DNA from: Eukaryota sp. GEM-RC1
Taxonomy: Eukaryota
Length of the DNA stretch: 64,000 nt
Assembly (NCBI GenBank): GCA_040285855.1
Contig: JAUFOQ010000002.1
Span: forward strand, 2,728,001 to 2,792,000
Reading direction: 5' to 3'
The position numbers and the translations under genes are program-made. The notes under the pieces were generated by a model. The model was given only the letters and a program-made list of their open reading frames with translations. It did no database searches and had not been told where the DNA came from. Position 1 is the stretch's first letter, and the number at the start of each line of letters is the position of its first letter. Shown piece by piece: positions 46,701-59,000 of the stretch.

Positions 46701-47872
46701 TCTTCACTTAAAATTTCTGTTTGTTCAGTGTCTGAAACTTCAGTGTCTGTTTCAATTTCTTCTTTAACAGTGGGAGGTAGTATCTCTTTGACCTTGTCGA
46801 AAATTAAAGAGTTGTGAAACTTAGTAACGAAAAAATGTTTCAACATATGAGTACCACGAACTCTGACCTGATGAGCTCTCTTAGCACATGATTCCATCCA
46901 ATTCGCTTTGGTCTTTGATACAACATTATCTAATCGTTTTTTCACAACCTTCATTGGTGGTCGTTCTCTTAATTGTTGCTTCTTTTCATCGAGAAGATCA
47001 AAGAGAAGGTATTGTATCAGAAACAACTTATTGATTGAGTTCGATAACAAAGTGGCTCTCGAAGTGGTTCTCGAAGTTTTAGATTCCCAAAGTTCATTAA
47101 GTTTTGTTAATTCTGCTAACAATCGAATCTCCATTTCAGCCTTGGGTTTTAGTTTCAGAGATGGCGCTTTGTTTTGACGTTCATCAGTTTTAACCTTAAT
47201 TTCTTCATCTGACACTAGAGGATTGTCTAAAGAGTGAAATATTCTCTTAAGGAAGATATTTTCATTGTCAAAACTTTCAAATGTTCTTGAATGATTATTC
47301 ATGTCCATCATAATTGTGGTCACGTTTTCCAAAAACCGACCTCTTCTAAAGACATACAACTTCTTCAATACTGAATTCAAGTCAAGGGAATAAAAGGACC
47401 AATTTCCGTTGGTTTGCACCATCTGTGGAACCAAGTTGGAAGAGAAGAAATGTAATCATCAATTGTATAATCAATGTCAATTTCTAATTTTTTACATCGT
47501 GATAAAAAAAAACGGAAAAGTATCTAAATGCCAATCATAACTTATTAACAAACTGGGCTTGTTAAGATTTAAAAATGTAATGAAATTTGTTAACATTGAT
47601 TTTTCAGTTGTAAACGTGTGAACTACACAATTAGGAAGTGAAATTTCTGAAACATTATGGGTGAATAGGTGAGTTTCATTTGCAAATTTATCATGGGTAA
47701 ACTGAAGAGAGATTGACACAATTGGATCTAAATCTGGATCACGCTGAATTTCAAAAGTAGTATCCTGAATTTGTGGAATACCTTCTGAAGTTGATTCAAT
47801 CTCTTCGTCTACTTCTGGCTCCTGTTTAACTCGAACGACTTTAAGATTCAAGCGTTCAGGATCTGAGATCAC
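43731..47872 (-). CDS. Fanzor with N-terminal exonuclease-like domain and two C-terminal CCHC knuckles; frameshifted
   Basis: ISSDGLSCS, RuvC-I IVAVDPNQHDL, VGFGDW, RuvC-II FLVDEF/MTSKCCSAC, WGLVQCAKC, RuvC-III WNRDFNSAINI; CQFCHMEGHTTAKC and CTICRQPGHDRRNC. Confidence 0.88.
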
Positions 47873-48199
47873 ACTTTTTATCTCAATTACACAGAACTTT
47901 TGTGGTTGTTTGGGTTCTTGTTCTGTAATTGATGGTTTAGGAGTTGGAGACGTGGGAACGGGTTCAGATATTGGTGATGCAAGTTTGGGTTTACTTTTTT
48001 GGTGCTTAAACCAGTGGATGCTTTAGTGCTAGCTAGACGCAAACCTGTGAGAGACGCAGGAACAGGTTTTGATACAGTCGGTGGCAATAAGTTAATGGCA
48101 GAAACTTTAGTTTGAGGAGTGGCACCGGTTGAAACACTTGAACTGGACAAACGTTTTGGAGGGACGGCTGGCATTTTTGGCACATGCGACAAATCAACA

Positions 48200-49453
48200 G
48201 GACTAAAAGTTTCAAAATGTTCCAAAATTTTACTTCGAGACTCGTGAACAGCAATAGTGGTATTACCCAGCAGTTCTTTAACATCAGTCCACCTTATGAC
48301 CACAGATTGATCTAAATTCATTAAAAGATCAATGTATTCGAGAACACAAAAACCAGAGTCAGTTAGAGTATGTTTGATATTTGATGGAATAAATTCTATA
48401 TTTCTGGTTTCACACATTGACAACACTGAATAAATTTTTGACACAATTGTAAATAAATTGGAGGAAGATGGTGCAACTGGCGTTTGGTTAGCAGGAAATT
48501 CTCTGGCATAATCATCCTCAACGTAGGTCGGATCAATGAATAAAATATGACTTGTAGGAGATGAAATGATCAGAATAATTAAACCCCAATGACGACCATC
48601 AGCAGTAAGATCACACATTGCACTATTGACAGGAACAAGTAGCATTTGTTGGTTGTTTTGACCACATTGGAACAATTTCCGCGTCAAAAAATCTGAAAAT
48701 GGATATTTATTATAGGCTTGGTCACCATATAATAACGGATATAAATCAGTTGGCCCAATTACATAGTCATAAAAGATTAAACCTGTTGATTCCACAAGTA
48801 TTTTGGAATATTTGATGAACAATTGATCGTCAACATAAGTAAACAATTTTTGAATCTGTTTACGGAGATCTGCAGCATTAAGTTCATTGTTAACTTCACA
48901 CAACCTTTTTTCAAAAAAAATCAATCGATAGATTAGACAAACTTTCATGTGTTGTAAGAATTTGTAAGTACTTTTGAACATATGCAATGACATAAATTCC
49001 ACAATCACTTGGAGTCTGAGATTTCGGGACGTTTGCATAACGTATCGTGAAACTTGGCATTTTTTCACTGAATTTATCAACAATGGGGTTCAAAAAGTTG
49101 GAGTTCAGTATTGGATCAATAACTGTTGCAACATTTTGTACACAATCCAATAGAATAACACCCCAATGAGATCCTGAAAATGTGCGTGACGCAGACAGGG
49201 CAGTCATACCGTCGTTGATAGGAGCAATGAGGAATCGAGTACCGGTGGTTTTAGCACTAAAAATTTGATGATCTACAGTTTGTTTATGTTCAGGAGAAAG
49301 ATCAGTAATTAATCCATTCATCACACTAGAGAAGATACAGTATAGATCAAATGCTAGTCCAGCAGAGCTAAAAAGGTACTCACAATATTGAAAGATAGCA
49401 TCGTCATCTATCCATTGGCCAGGATTCAGATACTCTAGGGAGTCTTTGGACAA
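48200..49453 (-). CDS. Two tandem Ulp1/SENP8-like domains (first with catalytic Cys, second with Ser)
   Basis: Domain 1: LNPGQWIDDDAI..APIND..GSHWG..VIDP..SQTPSDCGIYV; domain 2: VPVNS..GRHWG..FIDP..TLTDSGFCV; joined across the T8 run at ~48915. Confidence 0.8.
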
Positions 49454-49498
49454 CGGTCCGGGATTGGACTCAATGTCACCGTCGGCGGTGAGGTCTTT
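49454..49498 (-). other. 2A/StopGo peptide KDLTADGDIESNPGP
   Basis: Exact consensus, in frame with both the upstream repeat and the downstream protease. Confidence 0.9.
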
Positions 49499-49581
49499 TG
49501 GGAACGGAGGATGGGAAGGGATAACACATGAATAGAAGTAGAGTACATACAACAGCAGAGATGGAAGTGTTTTCACAACAT

Positions 49582-49878
49582 AGAAAAAGCTATCCATATA
49601 TCGACTCAACGGAGATAGAATCCAAGCAGGGGATTCCGCCTCATATTGGGTCAAATACAAACAACAAGGTGGCAGCATGACATCAACGGGAGAGGAGAAA
49701 AAGCTATCCATATATCGACTCAACGGAGATAGAATCCAAGCAGGGGATTCCGCCTCATATTGGGTCAAATACAAACAACAAGGTGGCAGCATGACATCAA
49801 CGGGAGAGGAGAAAAAGCTATCCATATATCGACTCAACGGAGATAGAATCCAAGCAGGGGATTCCGCCTCATATTGGG
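49582..49878 (-). repeat. 114-bp tandem repeat, ~2.6 identical copies, in frame (38 aa)
   Basis: Units start at 49582, 49696 and 49810. Confidence 0.95.
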
Positions 49879-50280
49879 CCAAAAGAGGAGCCTTGTACGG
49901 AACAGAGTGTCTGTTAGAATGTAAAACAACCAACATTTGTGGAGAGAGGAAAATGAAATGTTTCAGTCATCCCTGTAGTCTAGACTACAGTACAATTCTA
50001 CTATCACTTGTAGTCAGTAGAGTGTCAAAACATCAAAACAACTCTTATGTTATACCATCATCCGTGACCATTAGTGATTACTTAAGAAGTCTTTAAGACT
50101 GTCAATCGTATAACCAAACTCATTGACTTAGTTAGTCCTCTTCTGAATTCATTTGCTATAAAGCCAGGTATAGTCGTAGACGAGAAGAAAATGAATTAAT
50201 TCCAATAAGTTATGAAGTAATGAATGTAAATTCACTTGTCTGGAACGAAATCTGTAATAAAGTCTATAGCAGAATTTCCC

Positions 50281-51150
50281 ATGTCCTACTCAATCTTCAA
50301 ACTCAGAAACACTTCTGAACAAGAAAGTCGTTCCCGTACCATCAAAACATATGTGAAACTTGTTGTAAAGCTTGCTGATAAGTATGCAGTTAACTTGTCA
50401 CTTGTTCTTCTTCCTTATGGAACATACCATTCTTGGAGAACTAAATCTATCCACATAACGGAAGTCTCAACCTCTGACTTACCAGATGATCTCAAAAAAG
50501 GTACCATGGATTTTTGCCTCAACTACAAATCAGCCGTTGCCATTGTGCTAGATGTTGATCTAGAAACTGTTCATCTCTTTCCTTTTGATGGTTCTTATGA
50601 GAAGCGTGACATATCTCTTCCACTTCCTTCAACAACTTCAACTCTAAATCATCTTAAGGATCTACTCAAAGACGTTAAACGAGTTACAATTGCTCTTTCT
50701 CCTCCTCCTCCTCCTCAGCCTCAATCTCCTAATCTTTTACATGATTGTGACATTACTGGCAATGACGATACTCCATCTCAAGTCGTTTTTCCTTCACCAA
50801 AACGTCGTATTGATAACTTCGCAATCAATCATATTCATTCTATTTTCTCTGAACCATCTGAAATAGTTCCTGTTCCAGTCAGTGATAATGCTAATTTATC
50901 TAAACCTATGAAACGCAAAAAACAACGTAACCCGTTGATTCTTTCTGTAGATTTAATCAGTGATCAGTTTTACATAAATTCAAAATTAAAATTTGGATTT
51001 AGTGATATTGAGAAAATGTTGACAAAGGATGATAGGGAAGGTAAAACACAACTCTTGCTGAGTTCTGAACTTGATTTCATTGTGATGCTTGCATTAAGAG
51101 ACATAGATGTTAAAACGAAATTTACTATTACAAAAAGAAGTCAGAAATGA
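50281..51150 (+). CDS. Hypothetical protein upstream of the PIF1-like gene
   Basis: ~290-aa ORF with a poly-Pro linker; no recognised motif. Confidence 0.5.
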   Translation: MSYSIFKLRNTSEQESRSRTIKTYVKLVVKLADKYAVNLSLVLLPYGTYHSWRTKSIHITEVSTSDLPDDLKKGTMDFCLNYKSAVAIVLDVDLETVHLFPFDGSYEKRDISLPLPSTTSTLNHLKDLLKDVKRVTIALSPPPPPQPQSPNLLHDCDITGNDDTPSQVVFPSPKRRIDNFAINHIHSIFSEPSEIVPVPVSDNANLSKPMKRKKQRNPLILSVDLISDQFYINSKLKFGFSDIEKMLTKDDREGKTQLLLSSELDFIVMLALRDIDVKTKFTITKRSQK

Positions 51151-51400
51151 TACATATAAACATACAAACACACATCCTCCATCACTACTACTGGTGTGAT
51201 ATAGAAAATTCTTGCATATGAATCGTATGGAAGGACAAATGTTCACAGAATCAATATAAAAGGACTTGAAGTCGTGAACTGCGGAAATGTGAGATTATAT
51301 TGAAATACAGTCCCATTTCAAGGATAAAGTCATAGTTTGAAGTGAAAGAGAAATTTGATGAAGACCAAGTTTCCCTGCGCTCAAACAATCCATCAACTCA

Positions 51401-52623
51401 ATGGCACCAACCACTTTACACAACATCAATCTCACAGATGACCAACGTGTGATCTTTAACGCAATCACTACCAGCAGACGCAACTTCTTTGTCACTGGCG
51501 GTGCAGGATCAGGAAAGTCTTATCTTTTACATGCTCTCAAAAACTGGTGGAATAACGTCGGATCTCGTCTCATGCGTGCTAATGGTGAAATCTTCTTCAC
51601 TGCGACAACTGGGGTTGCATCAACTGTTTTTGGTGGACAGACCATACACTCACTGTTTGGTTATAAGTTTATGAAAGAAGAAGAATCCATACATGATGTT
51701 ATTAAATGTATGCCATCAAATGTCAAATTATTGTTAAAAAAAATTACAGCAAGAAATACAATGTTAATCATTGATGAAATTTCAATGTTGTCCTCCAAAT
51801 TGTTTCAACGGGCGAGTGACATTTTGGGCGAACTTATGCACACGCAAAAATGTCACTCCCCGAAGAAACCATTTGGAGGAATTCAGATAATTTGTTTTGG
51901 GGACTTTCTTCAATTAGCCCCTGTTGTGAAAAGTCTTGATGGAAAAGGAAATCGAAAAGTGGTAATTTCTGATTTCGCTTTTTCATCAAGTGCTTGGAAC
52001 AGTTTAAATTTTAAATATTGTAAACTGGCTGGAAGTGTTCGGCAACAATCAGACTCACAATTTTTTAATTTTCTAAATCAATTGAGATTGGGTCTGTTAG
52101 ATAATTTTATGAAATCAATTCTGCGTACTCATTTCGAAACAGCAGAATCTGTTGAAAACCCAACAATTTTATACGGAAAGAATACTGATGTTGCTAGAGA
52201 AAATTTGAAACAATTCAAACTTCTGGCCAAAATTCAGATTCAATTGAATTTGTAGCTGTTGACAAATTCAATGAATCTGAATTAAAATCTCAAATTAGAA
52301 AAAGAAGTTGTAGATTTCCAGTCAATGAATCTAATTTGGAAAAATATTATGACATTGAAACTTCTGTGCTGACAAGTCGCTTGGATGACTTTGCTGAAAA
52401 AAAACTAGATTGCGTTGTGGGTGGACAAGTGATGTACACTCAAAATAAGCCTGAACTTGGACTAGTTAATGGTTCAAAAGGAGTTATTGTGAATTTTTCA
52501 GATTCATATATTGATGTTCGGTTCAACGCTGAAGCAGAACCGAAAAGAATCAGTCAGTCAAGGTTTGCTATCGAACACTTGAACGAAATCGGAAGACCTG
52601 TTCAAGTGGCGAAAAGAATATGA
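51401..52623 (+). pseudogene. PIF1: PIF1-family helicase, frameshifted and C-terminally truncated
   Basis: TGGAGSGKS, ATTGVA, GQTIHS, IIDEISM, PFGGIQIICFGDFLQLAPV, RQQSD, GLVNGSKG; frame change ~52230; stops before the TIHKSQG motif. Confidence 0.85.
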
Positions 52624-53064
52624 CTAAGTCCTAAGAACAAATACCTCCATACAGCACGTACTTTTGAGTCTTCTGAGGGTTTTAGGGGAAGAGATCGAAA
52701 ATCTTCGTGTGAAAGAAGAAGATCCCAAGTCAAACACATTTTAAGAACTTTGACTTGGCAAGAACTTTCTTTATTGGTCGTTTTCTTTCCACCTACTAGT
52801 ACAAATAGTGTTCTTCTGAGTTCTCACAATTTTCAAGTGTGTCTGGATTGATTAATTGGTCAAATATCTCCCAATTTATTTCGAAAAAGGTGCAAAGGTA
52901 CCATCAAAGTGTTTATTGCAAACATTACGAAATCACTATTCGATAGAGAAATCACAAAGGATTTACTGTACTAGTAAACATCGAGTAATCCACCACTCGG
53001 TATAATATCCACCACCAAAATGTAGATCACAAATCACAAAAATTTATTCACAACAAATCGTAAT

Positions 53065-56000
53065 CTAAACAACATTACCAGGAACGTTTCTTGGACCAGA
53101 CATTTCAATTCTCTGTCCAGCAAATGGATTTGAAGTCATAGAAGTAGGTGTTCGGGTAGCCTTTTTACGCCACAAAACAAAACCAACAGCACCTCCAATA
53201 GCAATTACTGCAATGACAACAAAGAGAATCCAAATTGAAGATCCTGAAGAAGGATCAGGTTTGGGACCATCTGGAATTTTAGAAACAATACCTGCAAAAG
53301 TAGTTAAATGACTGGTCTTACAGACAACTTCTCCATTGTCATAAACAGTTTCAACACCTTCAGTAGACCATCTCTTCTCATCACGATTCCAATACTTACA
53401 CTCAACAGTTTCATCATCCCCATGTTCTTCAGCTTTTCCTAGAGAAATTACAATAGGATCCTCAAGTTCAGCAACTTCAAGGTCATTATCAGTAGCTGAT
53501 GTTACAGACAAACTGAAGGATCCAGTGGCAGAAACACCACGAGATCGATGATCATTGGATACAGATACAGAACGGTAACCCAAGCAGTCATCTTCAACAA
53601 AGTTTACGGGTAATCTTGCATCTTCTCCACGAATACCAGTAAGTCCATCAGTTAAATCTTCATTCCAATGCTTTGCAGACTTAATTCCAAGAGATTTACC
53701 AGCTGCTTCAAAAGGTGCTTGTCCACAAACAAGTCTAGAGGTTGATCGTCTTGCAATCGAATCGACAGAGTCAACTACAGTCTCAGAAACCTCGTCATCG
53801 GAATCGGCAATCAATGAATCAGCAACGGAAACTAACACGACATCAGATTCTTCATCAGAATGATCGCTTTGGGCAAGAGTGGAAAGAGTTCGTCCAGAAG
53901 ATGAACGACTGTCTTGATCAAGCTCTTTACCATCATTTACAACTGATTGAAGAGCCCTGGAAGTAGAAGAAACAGACTCAGAATCTTTGGCGGCAGCAGA
54001 AGCTCCTTCTAGTTCAGTAGCAAGTTGTTGACGTACACGTCGTCTGACTTCTTCAGACCCATCGTCCCGATCCATGGAGTTGAGGGTTTCGGCAACAGTT
54101 GAGATTTGAGAACCAACGTCCTCATCTCTATCAATGTTATTGCTAACTTCTTCCATGTGCTCATAAACCTTCTCAGTATTAGCCACAGGTGGTGTGACAG
54201 TCGCTGTGATTGTGACTGGGTCAGAAACAACACCATGAGGGTCAATCAACCTTCCTACAATGGTCACTTGATGGTCATTTGATTGCTGACCGGGTGGTAA
54301 CATGACACGAATACTATTACTCTCAGTAGTTCTAGACAAGGAAACAAGAGCATTGCCTCTAGCTATGAACCATTGATAGGAATCTCTGTCAGAATCAGTG
54401 AAATGAGCAATAGTGAAGTAGTCTGTTAAGGCAACACCTGTAGATGGGGTGATGGTAAGTCTACCCGGGGTAGGTCTGGATCTGGTACTGACTTCGACTG
54501 AAGCAAAAGTAACAGTGTCAGAAGTAGAAGTGGCAGTAACAGTGAACTTTACAGTTTGGCTATGACTAAGAACGTTGGGTTTTAAAACTAGCACCCGTCT
54601 TCCTAGAGGAGATAGTAGGTTCTTTGGGAGGAGAACATCAGGTTCGGCAGTCCATTGGATAGACTTGAGAGCTCCATCGACTTCAGCTTCGAGAACTAAA
54701 CGTTCAGAAGAGGAAATCATTCGAGGAAGAGACTTGATTGAGACAGCAAATGCCTCTTGTGCTTTATTGGTACTTAAAGAGAAAGTAGCTGTGGCTTCAA
54801 CATCAGAGGACTGTTCAATTACCTTCACAGTAATGACCATGTGCTTGTTTGGTTCAAGATGACCAGAAGAGATCAATAACACGTGTTCATAGTCACTGAT
54901 GTTGGCGGGATCACTTGCAGTCCAAATACTAGGACAATCTCCACTACAATACCAGTAAAACTTACAGTTTTGTTTGGGAATACTGGTTTCTGCTTCTAAT
55001 CTAAAATCACGAGCAGAAGAAACCAAAGCTGATGAACCGGAAGTGAAAGAGACAACCAATGAGGGAGAAGCCAAAGTAACAGTAACAGAAGCGGACTTTT
55101 CGACTGTACGAGATTCTCCATTAAGAATAACGGTAGTTCGGACAGTTACTCCAAATGAATGATCTCCAGGAACAGCAAGTTTCCTAGGAATTATCAATCT
55201 ATTAGTACTAGAACTCACGTCATCAATTGAGCTGGTCCACGTGATTGTCTGGGAGTGGAAACGATAACTTCCACAGGTTAAAAGTTTTCTGTCAAGAGAC
55301 AAAACAAGAGGTTCATACGCTACTTCTTCTGATAACAGTCTGATGCTAACTTCAATATCAAAGTCCTCGTCATTCATCTCAACTGTAATGGATTTAGCAG
55401 CACTCCAATTCAATCCATTTCGACCACGAGCGTAGAGATCAAAGTCAGAAACTCCAGGGATTGACATCAGAATATAACTAGGAATAACTACTGAAGAGGG
55501 AGAAGCTGGAGTGAAGTTGATAATGTAGGAGGCGAACGACATGGAAACAAAGGAGTTCATTAAAGAGGAAGTAACGGTGAAGCCTTCTTGAATAGCAAGC
55601 ATTGGGATAGAAGTAGTTGTAGTTAAAGCCTTGTAGAAGTCTGCTCCAAACAAGTCAACTATTTCACACTCAAATGAGGTAACAAAGGAAGGAAGAGAAG
55701 GATGATGGTGGGCCATGGAATTTTCACCTTTAGAGAAGAACATACATTGAGAAAGTCGTTGGGAGAACGATGCACCGTTGCATTCATTATCCACAAAGTC
55801 AAAGAGATAAGTTGGGAAACCAAAAGTTCTAAGGAACATACGGTAATTCTTGGCTAATGAAGCTACGTTGTCGTTAGAGAGGGTTACAGCGATTGAGTTA
55901 AGGACACAAACAAGAGGAGACTGGTGTTTGAGGCAATGAGAGAACTGAGGATGGATTAAGGTGGAGAGGTAGTTATCAAGTAGGTAGATAGAGGAATAGG

Positions 56001-59000
56001 TGGGTTCAAAATGAGTTCCAGCGTGTAAAAACTTGCTAACAGTCTTTCCAGATACCAAATTCAAATCTCCAATAACAGAATCCACCATAGACGAAATCTT
56101 CTTGTGATTAGATTCAGTAGACAAGAAAGTCTTATAAACCGGATGAACCAGTCTATAAGTCTCTGGGTAATTAGTTCTAAGAGAAGTGACAATGGGTTTT
56201 AAAGATGACTCAAAGTTAGGACCATTCTCAACTAAACAAATAATGTAAGAGGAGAAAGACATGATCATATAGTCAGTCTTACAATGATGAAGAACTTTAG
56301 TTCCATGGGCAATTACTGGAGCAATGTTCTCTTGGATATCGGTGGCAAAGCAATCAGAACGAGCCATAGAATCAAGGATCACGTGGATAGGGCTCAAGCT
56401 CTCCCAGTGATTGACTAGATTCCGTTCTACAAAGAGAGAAAGCTCTCTGAGAATGTGACAACTAGAAACAGGAGGGTAGAAAGTCATGAGGAGGCTGTCT
56501 AAACTGATAGCAAAGTGAGCAATGTTTTGAAGAGTTTGGTGGGGAAGACTTGTCATAGTTCTAGCAACTTCAAAGAAAAGACGTTTCTCAATGAGTTCAG
56601 TCATAAGACAGACGGAATCAACCTTGGTACCAAAACAAGTTCCAACACTCGACTCAGATACTTTGGAAATGATAAGAACAAACAAATCTTGGTTGACATG
56701 GACGAAGTTAGCCGCATTCAATGGTGCACCGATCCAGGCAGGGTAGGAAACCAAAGAAGTATCTTGGAGGGAGTCCAAGGCTCTCAACAACTTACCTTCG
56801 AGTATAGATACAGACAGACCACAGGCTACTGATAAAGAGTCATATTCAACACATAGATTGGAGTCCATTGTATAACTCAAGGAAGGAATCGTAGACAGGT
56901 GAGTATTGAGCATTAGGACAAACAAATTGAGAAGTGATGGAGTGAAGTTTGAAGATGTGAATGCCAATGAAAGAGTCTGAGGGAATAAAACCATGTAGAT
57001 GAGGTTCAGACTGTTGAAGTTTCTCACAAATTGATAACTCATCATTAAACAAAATAGGTAGAGGTTTTCAATCAATTCTTTGACAAGAATTGCCTGATCA
57101 GAAATGATAGGAATCTCAGCATCAATGAGTGGAAGCAAGAAATCGATTGGAGAGTAGAACTCAGGATAATCCTTGCCTTCTTCACGGAAGGAAATAAGAT
57201 AGTAAGGTAAAAGGTCCAAGAACTTGTGGAAAAAGAAGTATACAAAAAGTCAACAAGCTCGGAAACTGCAGCAATTTCAGCATCGATTAACAAAGCAAAC
57301 ACTGGATCCATTACTTTTGATTGTAGATAGCATGTGACTTCGAAATCACAGTGACGTACAGCTTCCATAAGATTAATCACAAATTGCATAAAAGTATCTT
57401 GGTGATCACAGACAGTTTGAATAAGGAAAACAGAAGAATCATTATACCAAGAGTTATTCGATACATTAAAAGGTAGAACATGTCTAATAACATCGTCTAA
57501 ATTGGTCAAAAGCTGGCAAACGTCATCTGAATGTTGAACAAATACAGGTAGTAAATGTTTCTCAAAGATATTAATGACGTGAGCAACAAACTGGGCAGTC
57601 GGAGCAACAAAGGGAAGTCCTGATGAACTGAATAGATCAAGCACATCGACATAAACTCCATTAATCATGACATCAAGTAAAACACACTCAATTAGGGAAT
57701 AATTTACTGATGTAAGACACACATCAATTGATGGTGTGATCAACTCAATAGATTGACTGATCAAATGGTTTACAGGGCACACCATTGTGTTCACAATGTC
57801 AATGGCATCAAACAACATTGTTCCCAAGCTTGAAGACGGGTCTACTAAGGAGTCAAGTGAAATAGAAGAGAGATTACCAAAGAAGAGACAAATGTTGTCT
57901 ACTGAATCGAATTGAGAATACATTAGCAGAGGTAAAACCTCAGAAACAACAATCTCTGTCACGTCAGCAATCTTACTGGTCACGTCATGATCAAGACTAC
58001 GTAGAATTTCCAAAATGTCTTCGAAATGCTGGTCCAGCATACCAACCACAACACACTGAATGCTTGTATTACAATCATTAATAACAGGTTCAGCTAACTC
58101 TAAAAGTTGATAAGCAATTGGTTCTACTAACTTAGTAAAACTAACAAGATTGTCAAAACCTGGGAGAACAAACTGACCAATAGCACCCTCTTCATCAATC
58201 AAAATAGGCAACAAAGTCTGGATTGATTCAAAAAGTTCAGCAAACGTAGAATCAAGAGAGGACATGAAATGATGAAGAACAGGAAGTAGTTCCAATGTAA
58301 ACTGATGGAGAGGAACAGCAAACTCTGACACTAAAGGTAAGTCTGAAGCAGCAATTAGTTGAAGGGAATCAACGGTGAAATTAGTGAAGAGAAACAAACA
58401 CAGTAACTCACCCTCACCACCATCACACTGCTGAATTGACAAATCAAAGAGCTCAATCAGGTCAATAAAAAGTGTCATTGATTGACATGGAAGGGACATC
58501 CAAGACAAGAGTGCATCAATCGACTCAGAATTTCCCAGAACTGATTGAATCAAGGGAGCCACTGCTTCAATCCCTGCACAATAGTTGGAGAGGAAAGGAT
58601 CATCAGGGTCAACAACATGAATGATTCCAGAAACTTGATGGATAATTGCAGCAAGATGATCCAGTCCAAAATCACCAAGGATTTGATCCATTTCAGTCAA
58701 GAAATCTTCAGTAAATACTTCTGTGGACAGACAATCCAATGGTTGAGTAGAGTAAACACAATTGATAACGGAAGTAAAGGTGTTAGTTGCAGCGGCAGCC
58801 AGTTCCATTAAGGAATCTTCATGGGCACAAGTGAAGTCATAGGCAGATTTCCAGACAGAAACGAGAGGAGAGTCGAATGAAGACAAGATTCTATCAACAA
58901 ACGCCAATTTCTTACATATAGAAGTTTCAGTAGAGACACAATCCATTTCAATGATAACAGAAGCTACTTCAGTCCATGGAATTACACCACCAATTACCCA

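Larger units (their letters stand above)
43611..49936 (-). mobile_element. Element B: repeat-2A-tandem SENP domains-exonuclease-like-Fanzor-2xCCHC element
   Basis: Co-oriented ORF fragments 48911-49936, 47887-49083, 47492-47872, 45167-47434, 44894-45106, 44332-44844 and 43731-44375; ends approximate. Confidence 0.85.

Noticed and set aside
48595..48612. DLTADG in the second protease domain echoing the 2A peptide DLTADG
   Set aside because: No ExNPGP follows, the codons differ, and it is absent from element A; treated as coincidence
43620..49959. 9-bp inverted match atttcattt near both ends of element B as a TIR
   Set aside because: Short and AT-rich, no TSD, no counterpart in element A
50281..52623. 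Helitron Rep-helicase
   Set aside because: No HUH or Y2 motifs recognised upstream of the helicase
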